A DNA stretch of 64,000 bases from Polyangiales bacterium (GTDB lineage: Bacteria; Myxococcota_A; Polyangia; Polyangiales; Ga0077539), in NCBI GenBank assembly GCA_044229975.1, contig JBGARZ010000007.1, positions 128,001-192,000 on the forward strand, in the 5' to 3' direction. Numbering within the stretch: position 1 is the first letter of the stretch; each line of letters begins with the position of its first letter. The notes beneath the pieces were generated by a model that saw only the letters and a program-made list of their open reading frames with translations, was not told the DNA's origin and did no database searches. Shown here in pieces: positions 18,528-28,527 of this stretch. The translations under genes were made by a program, and so were the position numbers.

Positions 18528-19262
18528 TTGGTAGTGAGCAGGTCGAGCCAGATCGTGTCGCTGTCGCTGCGTGAGCGAACGGAGATCGACGCGGTCTTCT
18601 CTCGTGTGCGGCGGGGCGGGCACTACGAGGTGCTCGGGCTGTCCATCGATGTGGACGAGGAGACGGTGCTCCAGGAGTCGTCGCGGCTGCGGCACTGGGC
18701 CGAGCGCCTGCTGGAGCCCGAGCGCTTGCTGGGTGAGTACCAGCCCAAGGTCGAGGCCATCGTGGCGGCGGTCGATCAGGCCACGCGGGTGCTGGGCAAT
18801 CCTCGCGAGAGACTGCGCTACGACAGCACGCGGCCACGGCCGAGCGACCCTTCGCAGCGCACCGTCGACGCCGCCGCGCGGGCCGCGGGCGCCTCGCCGA
18901 CGCCGCGCACGCCGCCGCCGCGGCCGGGGCCGGAGTCGCAGGTGAGGTTTCTCCTCGCGGCGCTCGATGCGCAGCTCAGCATGGTGTTTGGTCGGCCCGT
19001 CGGGCTGGTGAGCCGGCTGGCGGAGTTCGACCTGACGGCGGACGACAAGCACGCGCGCACCGAGGCCGAAAACGCCGAGCGCGAAGAGCGCTGGGTCGAC
19101 GCCGTGGTGTGGTGGCACCTCGCCGGGGTGGTGAGCCCGCGCGACCCGACGATGCTCCTGCGCGCGGGTTCGGCGATGCGCCGGGCGGGCGCCGTGGGGG
19201 CCTTCGCGCCGTACGCGCGGGTGGTCACCGGCGACCCGTGGTTCGGCCGCGGCGAGCGCTGA
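18528..19262 (+). CDS. J-domain-like / TPR-like hypothetical protein
   Basis: HYEVLGL...ATRVLGNPRERLRYD J-like pattern with HPD replaced by EPE; start uncertain. Confidence 0.6.
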   Translation: MVVSRSSQIVSLSLRERTEIDAVFSRVRRGGHYEVLGLSIDVDEETVLQESSRLRHWAERLLEPERLLGEYQPKVEAIVAAVDQATRVLGNPRERLRYDSTRPRPSDPSQRTVDAAARAAGASPTPRTPPPRPGPESQVRFLLAALDAQLSMVFGRPVGLVSRLAEFDLTADDKHARTEAENAEREERWVDAVVWWHLAGVVSPRDPTMLLRAGSAMRRAGAVGAFAPYARVVTGDPWFGRGER

Positions 19263-19375
19263 CGGGGCGCACGTCGGGCCATGGGGTTAGGGCTGCCGGT
19301 AGGTTTCGCCGGGCGTGGGGTCGTGGTAGGGGGCGGCGAAAGCGTTCGATAGAGACGGGCGCAGGAGTGTACCGA

Positions 19376-20218
<843 letters not shown>

Positions 20219-20228
20219 GCTCAGCCGA

Positions 20229-20588
20229 TCAGTGCCAGGCGGCGGCCGTCTTCACGGCGGCGCCGCTGCGGTCGTGCTCGATGAGCAGCGTCTGCGCGAC
20301 CCCGATGCATCCCGTACACGATTGAAATGCGCTGCCATGGGCGCAGCGCACGGTGGTCCACGGGGTCTCGCCGGGCTTCGGCGCGCCGCCGCGGGCGCGC
20401 AGGTCGCCGGCGGTGTTGAGGTGACGGCCGCAGGCGATGCAGTGGATGTGGGCCTCGTCGTTGAGGCCGGGTTCGAGCTCGATGCCGCGCGAGGGGAAGC
20501 TGCTCGCACGCATCGGGGGCTTCGGGCCCGATCCGTTGACTGCCTGCTTCTCCTTGCGGGTCAAACGCTTGGTTCGTTGGAATGCCAT
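20229..20588 (-). CDS. Small putative zinc-binding protein
   Basis: HIHCIACGRH, CAHG, CTGC; basic N-terminus. Confidence 0.75.
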   Translation of the reverse strand: MAFQRTKRLTRKEKQAVNGSGPKPPMRASSFPSRGIELEPGLNDEAHIHCIACGRHLNTAGDLRARGGAPKPGETPWTTVRCAHGSAFQSCTGCIGVAQTLLIEHDRSGAAVKTAAAWH

Positions 20589-20655
20589 AGGCGGGGGACT
20601 TCAACCCCAAGCCGCCCCACAGCGCAATGGTCGTCGTCGACGGACGACGTGGTCG

Positions 20656-20895
20656 CTACCGGGCGCCGCCCTGCCACGCCGGGTTGCGCGACAGCGCGTT
20701 GCGCGCGGCCACCTCGGCCTGATCGCGCTGCATCCCGTTGCGCCCCATGAACTCGCGCTCCACGAGCCGACGGTGCACCTCGTCGTAGGACAGCAGCGCC
20801 CCCCGCGAGTCGGAGCACATCTCGCAGTACTTCCCCTTCGCCTCTCCCATCATCGGCCGCCCGCAGCTCTCACACGCCGGTCCACCCATCAGCAT
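20656..20895 (-). CDS. Putative zinc-ribbon domain protein
   Basis: CESCGRPM...YCEMC...NPAW pattern. Confidence 0.7.
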   Translation of the reverse strand: MLMGGPACESCGRPMMGEAKGKYCEMCSDSRGALLSYDEVHRRLVEREFMGRNGMQRDQAEVAARNALSRNPAWQGGAR

Positions 20896-20963
20896 CGCGT
20901 CACCTCGGCTTTCACTCTGCCCAGCCTGAGCCCGTCACACCCGACCGGCAAGGCCCGCCGCGC

Positions 20964-21302
20964 TCACAGCCGCGAGCACAGCCACATCACGGTGTACCCC
21001 GCCGACCAGCCCAGCATCAGCACCGCCATCGGCCAGAAGCGACCCGACCAGCGCGCGCACACCTTCGCGTCGTCGGGCGCCCAGCGCCACGCCGCCCAGG
21101 TCACCAGGCCCGCCGCCGCGATGGTCATGTTGGAGCGCGCGAACCAGTCCATCGCGATGACGCCCGTCGGCGGCGACCACGTCCACTCACCGCGCGTCGG
21201 CAGGTAGAAGAGCACCCCCGCGCGCGTGGTCGTCGTCACGAGGTACACCGCCCCCGCGGCCAGCGCCCCGGCGCCCGTCGCGAAGCGCCCGCGCGCGCTC
21301 AC
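20964..21302 (-). CDS. Membrane protein
   Basis: Three TM segments; start overlaps the upstream stop (GTGA). Confidence 0.65.
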   Translation of the reverse strand: MSARGRFATGAGALAAGAVYLVTTTTRAGVLFYLPTRGEWTWSPPTGVIAMDWFARSNMTIAAAGLVTWAAWRWAPDDAKVCARWSGRFWPMAVLMLGWSAGYTVMWLCSRL

Positions 21303-21742
21303 ACCGACCTCACGCTCGCCACCAGCAGCCCCGACAGCGCGTTGAACCACACCCCGAGCGCGACCGTCAGCGCGCACCCGAAGAGCACCCGGCTGGGCTT
21401 CGCCGGGTCCTCCGCGCGCGAGAGCACCACCGTCGCCAGCACCAGCGGGAAGAGCAGCGTCGCGAGGTTTTCCTTCAGGTCGAAGAGCACCGCGATGCGC
21501 GGCGCGTGCTCGTCGAGGTAGTTGGCGCGAACCTCCACCCGGTACCGCGGGTAGATCACCGTGCCGAGCGCATACACCACCGTGTAACAGCCCAGCGCCA
21601 CGGCCGGGTACAGCCGCTGGAGCCGCGGGTTGGGCTTGCCGAGGCGCGCCTTGCGAAGCACCAGCGCGAGGTGCGTGGTGGACCCAGTGAGCGCACCCGC
21701 GGCGACGGCGTGGAGTATCAGCCCGAGCTTGATCCAGAACAT
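21299..21742 (-). CDS. Four-TM membrane protein
   Basis: LILHAVAA...STTH, YPRYRVEVRA, FDLKENLA. Confidence 0.75.
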   Translation of the reverse strand: MFWIKLGLILHAVAAGALTGSTTHLALVLRKARLGKPNPRLQRLYPAVALGCYTVVYALGTVIYPRYRVEVRANYLDEHAPRIAVLFDLKENLATLLFPLVLATVVLSRAEDPAKPSRVLFGCALTVALGVWFNALSGLLVASVRSV

Positions 21743-21781
21743 CGGCTCGGCGGCTTCTCTACGCCCGCCCGCGCCGCGCTG

Positions 21782-22240
21782 TCACGCGCCCGCTCCGCGC
21801 GACGGTCGTCGGGCGACGAGGGTGACCAGCGCGTCGAGGCTGCGCGCGAGCCGGGGCTCCAGGATGCCTTTGAGCAGCGGCGCGAGCCCGGGGATGGCCG
21901 CCTCGAAGCGCACCTCCCAGACGAGCGCGGTGCCGTCGCGGTGCGGGGCGAGTCGTTGCTCACCGCGGTGGTCGCGGAGCGCGCCGCCGCGCACCACGCG
22001 GTAGCCGAAGCGCTCGTGCAGAACCGACTCGACCACCTCCTCGTCGAGCGTGGACGTGAACCCGAAGGCCGGGACTGTCACCGTGCGCGTGGCGCCGACG
22101 TCGTCGTGTCGGCCGTTGGCGCCGGGGCGCAGGGCGCGCACCTTCGCCTCGGACCAGAGGTTCATGTCGTCGGGGTTGGTGAGGTAGCCCCAGGCGACGG
22201 AGGGCGGCGCGGCGAGGATGCGCTCGAACCGGATCTTCAC
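21782..22240 (-). CDS. SRPBCC (polyketide cyclase/START-like) family protein
   Basis: ILAAPPSVAWGYLT, VGATRTV, DHRGEQRL..HRDGTALVWEVRF. Confidence 0.85.
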   Translation of the reverse strand: MKIRFERILAAPPSVAWGYLTNPDDMNLWSEAKVRALRPGANGRHDDVGATRTVTVPAFGFTSTLDEEVVESVLHERFGYRVVRGGALRDHRGEQRLAPHRDGTALVWEVRFEAAIPGLAPLLKGILEPRLARSLDALVTLVARRPSRGAGA

Positions 22241-23023
22241 TCAGCGCCCCTGGAAGCGCGCGTCGCGTCGCTCGACGAAGGACCGCAGTCCCTCCGCGGC
22301 GTCTTCGCTCCCCATGAGCGCGCGCGCCTCGGTCATGAGTCGGGCGTACGCCGCCGCGTGGCCCTGCTCGACCGCGAGCTTCGCGTTGGCGCGGGTGGCC
22401 TGCACCGCGAGGGGGGCCTGCTGCGCGATGGTGGTTCCGATGGCGATGGCCCGCTCGACCTGCTGGCCGGGGTCGGTGACCTCCTGCACGACGCCGATGC
22501 GGCACGCTTCGTCGGCGTCGAAGACGTCGCCGGTGAGCATGTAGCGCATGGCGTTCTGGTAGCCGGCGACCTGGGCGAAGCGGAGGGTGGCGCCGCCGAA
22601 GGGCATGATGCCGCGGCGGACTTCGAACTGCGTGAAGCGGGCGTCGCGCGAGGCCACGACGACGTCGGCCGCGAGCGCGAGCTCGACGCCGATGGTGTAG
22701 CAGTAGCCCTGGACGGCCATGACCACGGGCTTGGCGCGGCGGGTTCCCGAGAGGTCGAGCGGGTCGATGCCGCCGTCGACGTGGAGGCCGCCGCCGCCCG
22801 CGACGTGGGGGCCGACCTCGGCGAGGTCGAGGCCCGCGGTGAAGTGGTCGCCGTGCGCGAAGAGAACGAGGCAACGGAGCTCGGGGTCGGACTCCAGGCG
22901 GCCGTAGGCGGCGGCGAGCTCGCGGAGCATCTGGAGGTTGAAGGCGTTGCGCTTGGCGGCGCGGGAGAGCCCCACGACGAGGACGTGGCCGCGGGTCTCG
23001 ATGGTCAGGGTGGGGTCGCTCAT
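22241..23023 (-). CDS. Crotonase/enoyl-CoA hydratase family protein
   Basis: AKRNAF, HFTAGLDL, KPVVMAVQG, EVRRGIMPFGG, EDAAEGLRSFVERR. Confidence 0.95.
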   Translation of the reverse strand: MSDPTLTIETRGHVLVVGLSRAAKRNAFNLQMLRELAAAYGRLESDPELRCLVLFAHGDHFTAGLDLAEVGPHVAGGGGLHVDGGIDPLDLSGTRRAKPVVMAVQGYCYTIGVELALAADVVVASRDARFTQFEVRRGIMPFGGATLRFAQVAGYQNAMRYMLTGDVFDADEACRIGVVQEVTDPGQQVERAIAIGTTIAQQAPLAVQATRANAKLAVEQGHAAAYARLMTEARALMGSEDAAEGLRSFVERRDARFQGR

Positions 23024-23159
23024 CGCGCGATGACAACGCGATCGACGCGGGGCCGCAACGGGGACGTCTGGGAGCGTCGCGCTGATCGTCAGTCTCCACG
23101 GCGTGGAGCTCCCGCTTTCTTGACCGCACCCCGTTGCCTCCGCTAGCGCCCGTCGCTCA

Positions 23160-25706
23160 GTGGTCACCTCGTCGTCCATCGCCTGGAAGTCCTCCTCGCT
23201 CCTCGGCGCCGTGGCCGCCCTGCACGTCGCGCTCACCGCGCCCTCGCGCAGCACCCTCGCGCCCGACGCCCGCGCCCGCCTCGCCCGCGCCGTCGCCGCC
23301 AGCACCCGCCTCACCGTCACCGCCGACGACGTCCTCTTCGAGCGCACCCGCGCGGTCACCCTCCGCGACGCCGTCGTCGGCCGCGCCATCTGGTTCACCG
23401 GTCGTGACCGCCCCGGCGCACCGCGCGACGTCTACCGCGCCGAGATCCGCCTCACCCCCGACGGAACCCTCCTCGGCCTCCGCTCGCTCGCCAACCTCAC
23501 CCGCAGCCCGCTCGGCGACGACGGCCCCATGGTCGCCGAGTCCGACGTCGGCGCCGACACCCCGCGCCGCATCGCCGTCCCCTTGCGCGCCTTCGGCCAG
23601 GTGCAGTCCGCCACCGTGCTCGACCCCGCCGGTGACACCACCACCGCCGCGCGCCTCCGCCGCGCCGTCACCAACCTCCTCGAAACCGGAACCCCCGCCG
23701 GCGTCGCCCGCTACGACCTCCGCCTCGATCGCCCCGTCGCCCACGCCACGCTCCGCTTCTTCTCCCACGACCGCGTCTCCCTCGACGGCGACGCCCACCG
23801 CTGGACCCTCGACCTCCGCACGCTCGACACCGCGCCCGCCGAAGGCGCCTCGCTCTCGCGCCAGCAGCGCGTCGACAAGCCCTTCATCATCTGGACGGTC
23901 GACACCGTTCGTTCGCTCCCCTTCGTCGGCCCCGCGCCCATCGCCTGGCTCGAACGCCACGCCTTCGACCTCCGCGACCGCTGGCACCAGGCCACGTACC
24001 GCTGGTTCGGTCGTCGTCCGCCGCCCGCCACCGTCGCCGAGGAGTCCGCCGTCGACGCCACGGGCCACGTGCTCACCGCCGCCGCCGAGCACGCCCGCGA
24101 CCCCTCGTGGCCGCCCTCCGACATCGCGCCACCACTCGGCGCCGCCGACCCCGGCGAGGGCCGCTGGGTCAACGCCACGCCGCCGTGGGTGCATCACCTC
24201 GAAGGCGCGCCGCCGTCGTTCTATCGAACCTTCGTGCGCCTCGACGACGAGCGCCCGTACACCCGCGTGCTGCTCGTCGCCATGGACATGCGGCAGCTCC
24301 AGCTCGGTATGCAGGCGGGCGTCGAAGACCCCGTTCCCCTCGTCGGACCGCGCGGCGACGGGCGCATCCCGCGCACCCCCGGCCTGCTCCCTCGCATCGT
24401 CGGTGCCTTCAACGGCGCCTTCAAGACCGAGCACGGTGCGTACGGCATGGTCGTCGATAGCCGCGTTCTGTTGCCTCCACAGCAGGGCGCCGCGACCGTG
24501 GTCACCCTCGATGACGGTCGCATCGCGATGGGCTCCTGGGATGCCCTCCCGACGCTGCCCTCCGCGGTGCAATCACTCCGGCAGAACCTCGATCCGCTCC
24601 TCGCCGATGGCGTCGAGAACCCCACGCGCCGCGGTCTCTGGGGCTTCGTGCTCGGCGGCATCGAGTCGATGCCCACGGTGCGCTCGGGGCTCTGCGCCGA
24701 CGACCGCGGCCACCTCTTCTACGCGTGGGGCGAGGAGACCACCGCGCGTCGACTCGGGCGCGCGATGCGGCTCGCCGGGTGCACCTACGGGATGCACCTC
24801 GACATGAACCCCACCCACGCCACCTTCCACTTCCTGCGCGTCGATGACGTGGCGCATCGGCAGTTTCAGTTCCGCACGCTCGACAGCGCGATGCAGTCGC
24901 ACGGCGATCGCTTCCTCTATTACACGCTCAAGGACTTCTTCTACCTCTCGCTCCGCGAACCCCTTCCGCCACCCGTCCGCGGCATTGCCTGGACCTCGTC
25001 GCGACCGCAGCCCGCACCCGCCTGGATGCCTGGCATCACCACGCTGCGCCTCGCCGTTGCGTCCGGTCGCGAGGTCACCGTCGACGCCCTCGACGCCGAC
25101 CGCGTGCGCCTCCATCTGCGCGCCGGTCGTCGCGAGCCCGCCACGACGTTGGTCGGCGAGGACAACACCTTCGCACCGTCGCCCGAGCGCCCGCTGCTCG
25201 GCGCCATCGAGCTCGGGACCGCGACCTCCATCGCCTCTCCCCGCGGACTGTGCATCGGGGGGAGGGTGCATCTGCCGTTTGTTCCGTCGGCGTCGGCGGG
25301 GCACCTCGCGGTGGTCGACGGGCGCGCGTCCATCGTCGCGGGCGCCGCCGTCGCGACGGACGTGCGCGACGCGTTGCAGGGCTCGCTCGTCTGGAACCAC
25401 GGCGCTGCGACGGCCTGGCGCGACTCCGCGGTGAGCGCACGGCGCGTGCTCGCGACCACGGCTGCTGGACGGCTGCTGGTGATCGCTGGTGCGATGTCGG
25501 GTGATGAGCTCTCGGCGCTGCTGGGTGAGCTGCGCGCGACCGATGCGCTGCTCTTCGAGCGCGCGACGGGCGGCGCCCACTGGACGGGCGATGAAGGCGT
25601 GCGCGACGCGTGGCCGGAGAGCGCGGTGTTCATCGAGGGCGTGGCTGCGCCGTCGCAGGTGTTGAGGCTGGAGAGCTGGCTGCGCGGGGCACGCGGAGGC
25701 GCGTGA
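23160..25706 (+). CDS. Large exported protein with phosphodiester glycosidase (NAGPA-like) domain(s)
   Basis: IVGAFNGAFKTEHG, SLRQNL, TVRSGL, YGMHLDMNP; a second degenerate copy in the C-terminal third. Confidence 0.65.
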   Translation: MVTSSSIAWKSSSLLGAVAALHVALTAPSRSTLAPDARARLARAVAASTRLTVTADDVLFERTRAVTLRDAVVGRAIWFTGRDRPGAPRDVYRAEIRLTPDGTLLGLRSLANLTRSPLGDDGPMVAESDVGADTPRRIAVPLRAFGQVQSATVLDPAGDTTTAARLRRAVTNLLETGTPAGVARYDLRLDRPVAHATLRFFSHDRVSLDGDAHRWTLDLRTLDTAPAEGASLSRQQRVDKPFIIWTVDTVRSLPFVGPAPIAWLERHAFDLRDRWHQATYRWFGRRPPPATVAEESAVDATGHVLTAAAEHARDPSWPPSDIAPPLGAADPGEGRWVNATPPWVHHLEGAPPSFYRTFVRLDDERPYTRVLLVAMDMRQLQLGMQAGVEDPVPLVGPRGDGRIPRTPGLLPRIVGAFNGAFKTEHGAYGMVVDSRVLLPPQQGAATVVTLDDGRIAMGSWDALPTLPSAVQSLRQNLDPLLADGVENPTRRGLWGFVLGGIESMPTVRSGLCADDRGHLFYAWGEETTARRLGRAMRLAGCTYGMHLDMNPTHATFHFLRVDDVAHRQFQFRTLDSAMQSHGDRFLYYTLKDFFYLSLREPLPPPVRGIAWTSSRPQPAPAWMPGITTLRLAVASGREVTVDALDADRVRLHLRAGRREPATTLVGEDNTFAPSPERPLLGAIELGTATSIASPRGLCIGGRVHLPFVPSASAGHLAVVDGRASIVAGAAVATDVRDALQGSLVWNHGAATAWRDSAVSARRVLATTAAGRLLVIAGAMSGDELSALLGELRATDALLFERATGGAHWTGDEGVRDAWPESAVFIEGVAAPSQVLRLESWLRGARGGA

Positions 25707-25755
25707 CAGGCCCGTGGTCGAGGGGCTATAGCCAACGACGCGGAGGCGACGAGCA

Positions 25756-26178
25756 ATGGCGACGCAGGTGAGTGAAGTCGAGCAACGGGTGGTGGAGATC
25801 CTCAAGGGCGCGGCGATCCCGTTCGTGCACGAGGATGGCAAGTGCCGGGTCGAGCGCGGGTCCACCGCGGTGTTCGTGTCGGCGCACGCGTGGCAGGACC
25901 GCTACACCATCATCGAGCTCGTGTGCCCGGTGCTCAACGGCGTCGAGCTGAGCGAAGACCTCCTCAAGCGCCTCAACGAGCTCAACGAGAAGCTGTATTT
26001 CGGCAAGGCGTACTGGCGCAACAAGGAGGTCTGGATCGCCCACAACCTCCTCGGCGACCACCTCGACAGCGATGAGCTCATCGCGAGCGTCGGGATGATG
26101 GCCGTGGTGGCCGATCACCTCGACGACGAGCTCAAGGCGCGCTTCGGCGGCAAGCGGTGGCGAGAGACGCAGCGCTGA
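25756..26178 (+). CDS. YbjN-like / T3SS chaperone-fold protein
   Basis: GSTAVFV, LLKRLNELNEKLYFGK, ADHLDDELKARFGG. Confidence 0.75.
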   Translation: MATQVSEVEQRVVEILKGAAIPFVHEDGKCRVERGSTAVFVSAHAWQDRYTIIELVCPVLNGVELSEDLLKRLNELNEKLYFGKAYWRNKEVWIAHNLLGDHLDSDELIASVGMMAVVADHLDDELKARFGGKRWRETQR

Positions 26179-26185
26179 GCGCCCG

Positions 26186-26959
26186 GTGCGCCGCGCGGGT
26201 CTGATCCTGCTGACGGGGATGGTCCTGGGGTGCGGGGCGTCTCCTGTCGACCAGGTGGTGGACGCCGGTCGCAGGGACACGGGCACGCGCACCGACCGCG
26301 GCGTGGTGGCCGATCGTGGACAGGCCACGGGCGAGGACACCGACCGCGACGGCCTGTGCGATCGCACCGAGCAGAAGAACGGCACCGACCCGACGCTCGC
26401 GGACACCGACGGCGACGGGCTCACCGACCTCTTCGAGCTGCGCGCGGGGGATGATCCGCGCAACCCGAGCGACCCCTTGGCGGTCGATCGGGTGCAGCTC
26501 CGCGAGGCGCCCGAAGAGGTGGTGGTCACGGACTACGGCGTGGTCATCGATGGCGCCGAAGAGGGCGACGTGCTCACCGCGCTCTGGCAAGACCGCGGCG
26601 CGGGCGTCGACGACCGGCTCGCGAGCGCGTGGGTGTCCTTCGACCTGATCGCGCTCTCGGCCGACCCGGCGGGCGTGGTCGATCAGATCAGCGGTCCGCG
26701 CTTCGTGGGCGTGCGGGGTCGCACGCGGTTGACGTGGCGGCTCACCACGCGCTCTCGCAGCGGCGCGACCGACCGCGATGCAGGCGTGACGCGGCTCGGG
26801 TGCCGGCGGGCGTACGAGTTCGTGGTGGCGGTGTTCGCGGCGGGGGGCGACGCGCTGCGGGTGCGCCGGATGACCCTCGACGTGCTGGGCGCGCGCACTG
26901 GCGGGACGTGGCCCGACATCGACGCCGAGGGCTTCTGCCAGCCCGCGCAGTGCAACTGA
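26186..26959 (+). CDS. Lipoprotein with bacterial TSP3 Ca-binding repeats
   Basis: Lipobox VLGC; DTDRDGLCD..E...GTDP..ADTDGDGLTD. Confidence 0.8.
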   Translation: MRRAGLILLTGMVLGCGASPVDQVVDAGRRDTGTRTDRGVVADRGQATGEDTDRDGLCDRTEQKNGTDPTLADTDGDGLTDLFELRAGDDPRNPSDPLAVDRVQLREAPEEVVVTDYGVVIDGAEEGDVLTALWQDRGAGVDDRLASAWVSFDLIALSADPAGVVDQISGPRFVGVRGRTRLTWRLTTRSRSGATDRDAGVTRLGCRRAYEFVVAVFAAGGDALRVRRMTLDVLGARTGGTWPDIDAEGFCQPAQCN

Positions 26960-26960
26960 A

Positions 26961-28385
26961 CTACGGGCAGCGCGAGGCGTCGGCGCAGAGCGAGAAGCCG
27001 CCCGCGCGCGGCGAGGTGCAGCAGCGCAGGTCGTCGTCGGCGCAGGCGGTACACGGGCAGGTGTTGCAGGTCGGCTCGACGCGGGTGTAGCGGCACTCGC
27101 CGTCGAGGCAGACATCCGTGGTGCCGCACTCCTCGCCGCAGTCGCCGCAGTGGAGCGGTGAGCTCCTGCGGTCGACGCACTCGCGCCCGCACAGGGTCAT
27201 CGGCGCGCGGCAGTCGGCGGGCGGACGGCACATGCCGTTGACGCACGCGTTGGGGCTCACGCAGGCGTTGTTGATGCGACCGCAGTGGTCGCGGTTGCTC
27301 TGGAGGTCGACGCAGCGGCTGCCCGTGCGGGTAAGCCCGGGGCGGCACACGCACGCGCCGCCCTGGCAGGTCTCGTCGGAGTCGCACTCGTTGCCGACGC
27401 GGCCGCAGTTCTCGGGGTCGACCTGCGTCGCCACGCAGCGCCCGTCGCCGTCGGCTACGGTGCCCGCGCGGCACTGGCAGCGGCCGGCGGTGCAGGTGCG
27501 ATCGGCGGCGCAGACGGTTCCGCAGGCGCCGCAGTTGGCGGGGTCGTTGGTGCGGTTGACGCAGCGGCCGCCGCACGACGCGAGGCCGCCGGTGCACTGG
27601 CAGCTCCCCGCGACGCACGCCTCGCCGGCGCCGCACGCCCGCCCGCACGCGCCGCAGTGGGCGCGATCGGTGAGGGTGCTCACGCAGGCGCCCGCGCAGA
27701 GGGTCTGCGTAGCGGGACAGGCGCACATGCTGAAGGTGCACATCTGACCGGGACCACACGCGACCCCGCAGCGCCCGCAGTTGGCCATGTCGAAGCGGAA
27801 GTCGACGCAGCGCCCGGCGCAGGGGAAGAGCGGCGCGGTGCAGTCGGGCTGGCAGGAGCCGTCGACGCAGCGCTGGCTGCTGGGGCAGACCCGGCCGCAC
27901 GAGCCGCAGTGGCGGAGGTCGGTGCGAAGGTCGTAGCAGGCGGCGCCGCACGCGGAGAGGCCCGGCGCGCAGGTGCTGCCGGTATCAGCAACGACGGGGA
28001 CATCGGGCGCGACCGGGACGTCGGGTTCGGTGGGAACGTCGGCTTCGATGGGAACGTCGGGCGTGACCGGGACGTCAGTGGGATCGACGACGTCGGGCGC
28101 GATCGGGACATCAGGCGCGATCGGGAGGTCGATGGGCAGGAGGGCGTCCGTCGGCGCGTCGTCACCGAGCGTGTCGGGCGCGACGTCCGCGCCTGCGTCG
28201 ACGCTGGTGTCGGCGACGGACCGATCGGGCGGGACGACGGGCGCGTCGCGCTCACCCGCGTCGACCGGGACGACGTCGCTCGTGGGGATGCGAAGGAGGC
28301 GCGTCTCGTCGGGGGACACCAGGATCCCGCAGCCCGCGGCGACGACGGCGAGGAGGGCGATGGCCGTGCGCGGACGGGTGATCAT
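26961..28385 (-). CDS. Cys-rich repeat lipoprotein (STIG1 / MXAN_6577-like repeats)
   Basis: Lipobox AAGC; Pro/Asp/Val linker; about 7 CVD..TD..HCG.CG..C repeats. Confidence 0.85.
   Translation of the reverse strand: MITRPRTAIALLAVVAAGCGILVSPDETRLLRIPTSDVVPVDAGERDAPVVPPDRSVADTSVDAGADVAPDTLGDDAPTDALLPIDLPIAPDVPIAPDVVDPTDVPVTPDVPIEADVPTEPDVPVAPDVPVVADTGSTCAPGLSACGAACYDLRTDLRHCGSCGRVCPSSQRCVDGSCQPDCTAPLFPCAGRCVDFRFDMANCGRCGVACGPGQMCTFSMCACPATQTLCAGACVSTLTDRAHCGACGRACGAGEACVAGSCQCTGGLASCGGRCVNRTNDPANCGACGTVCAADRTCTAGRCQCRAGTVADGDGRCVATQVDPENCGRVGNECDSDETCQGGACVCRPGLTRTGSRCVDLQSNRDHCGRINNACVSPNACVNGMCRPPADCRAPMTLCGRECVDRRSSPLHCGDCGEECGTTDVCLDGECRYTRVEPTCNTCPCTACADDDLRCCTSPRAGGFSLCADASRCP
27990..28140 (-). 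repeat. Degenerate 18-nt coding tandem repeat (PDVPxA linker)
   Basis: PIDLPIAPDVPIAPDVVDPTDVPVTPDVPIEADVPTEPDVPVAPDVP. Confidence 0.7.
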
Positions 28386-28527
28386 GGCCCTGCGGACGAT
28401 ACACCACTGCCGCGATCGGACGGCGTTTCGATCGGTCGCGGGATGACGTACGCCGCTCAGGTCGAGGACCGAACCGTCGAGCTCGCGTCCCCTTGTGCTC
28501 CGCTCTTGATGGGTGCTGAATCCCACG

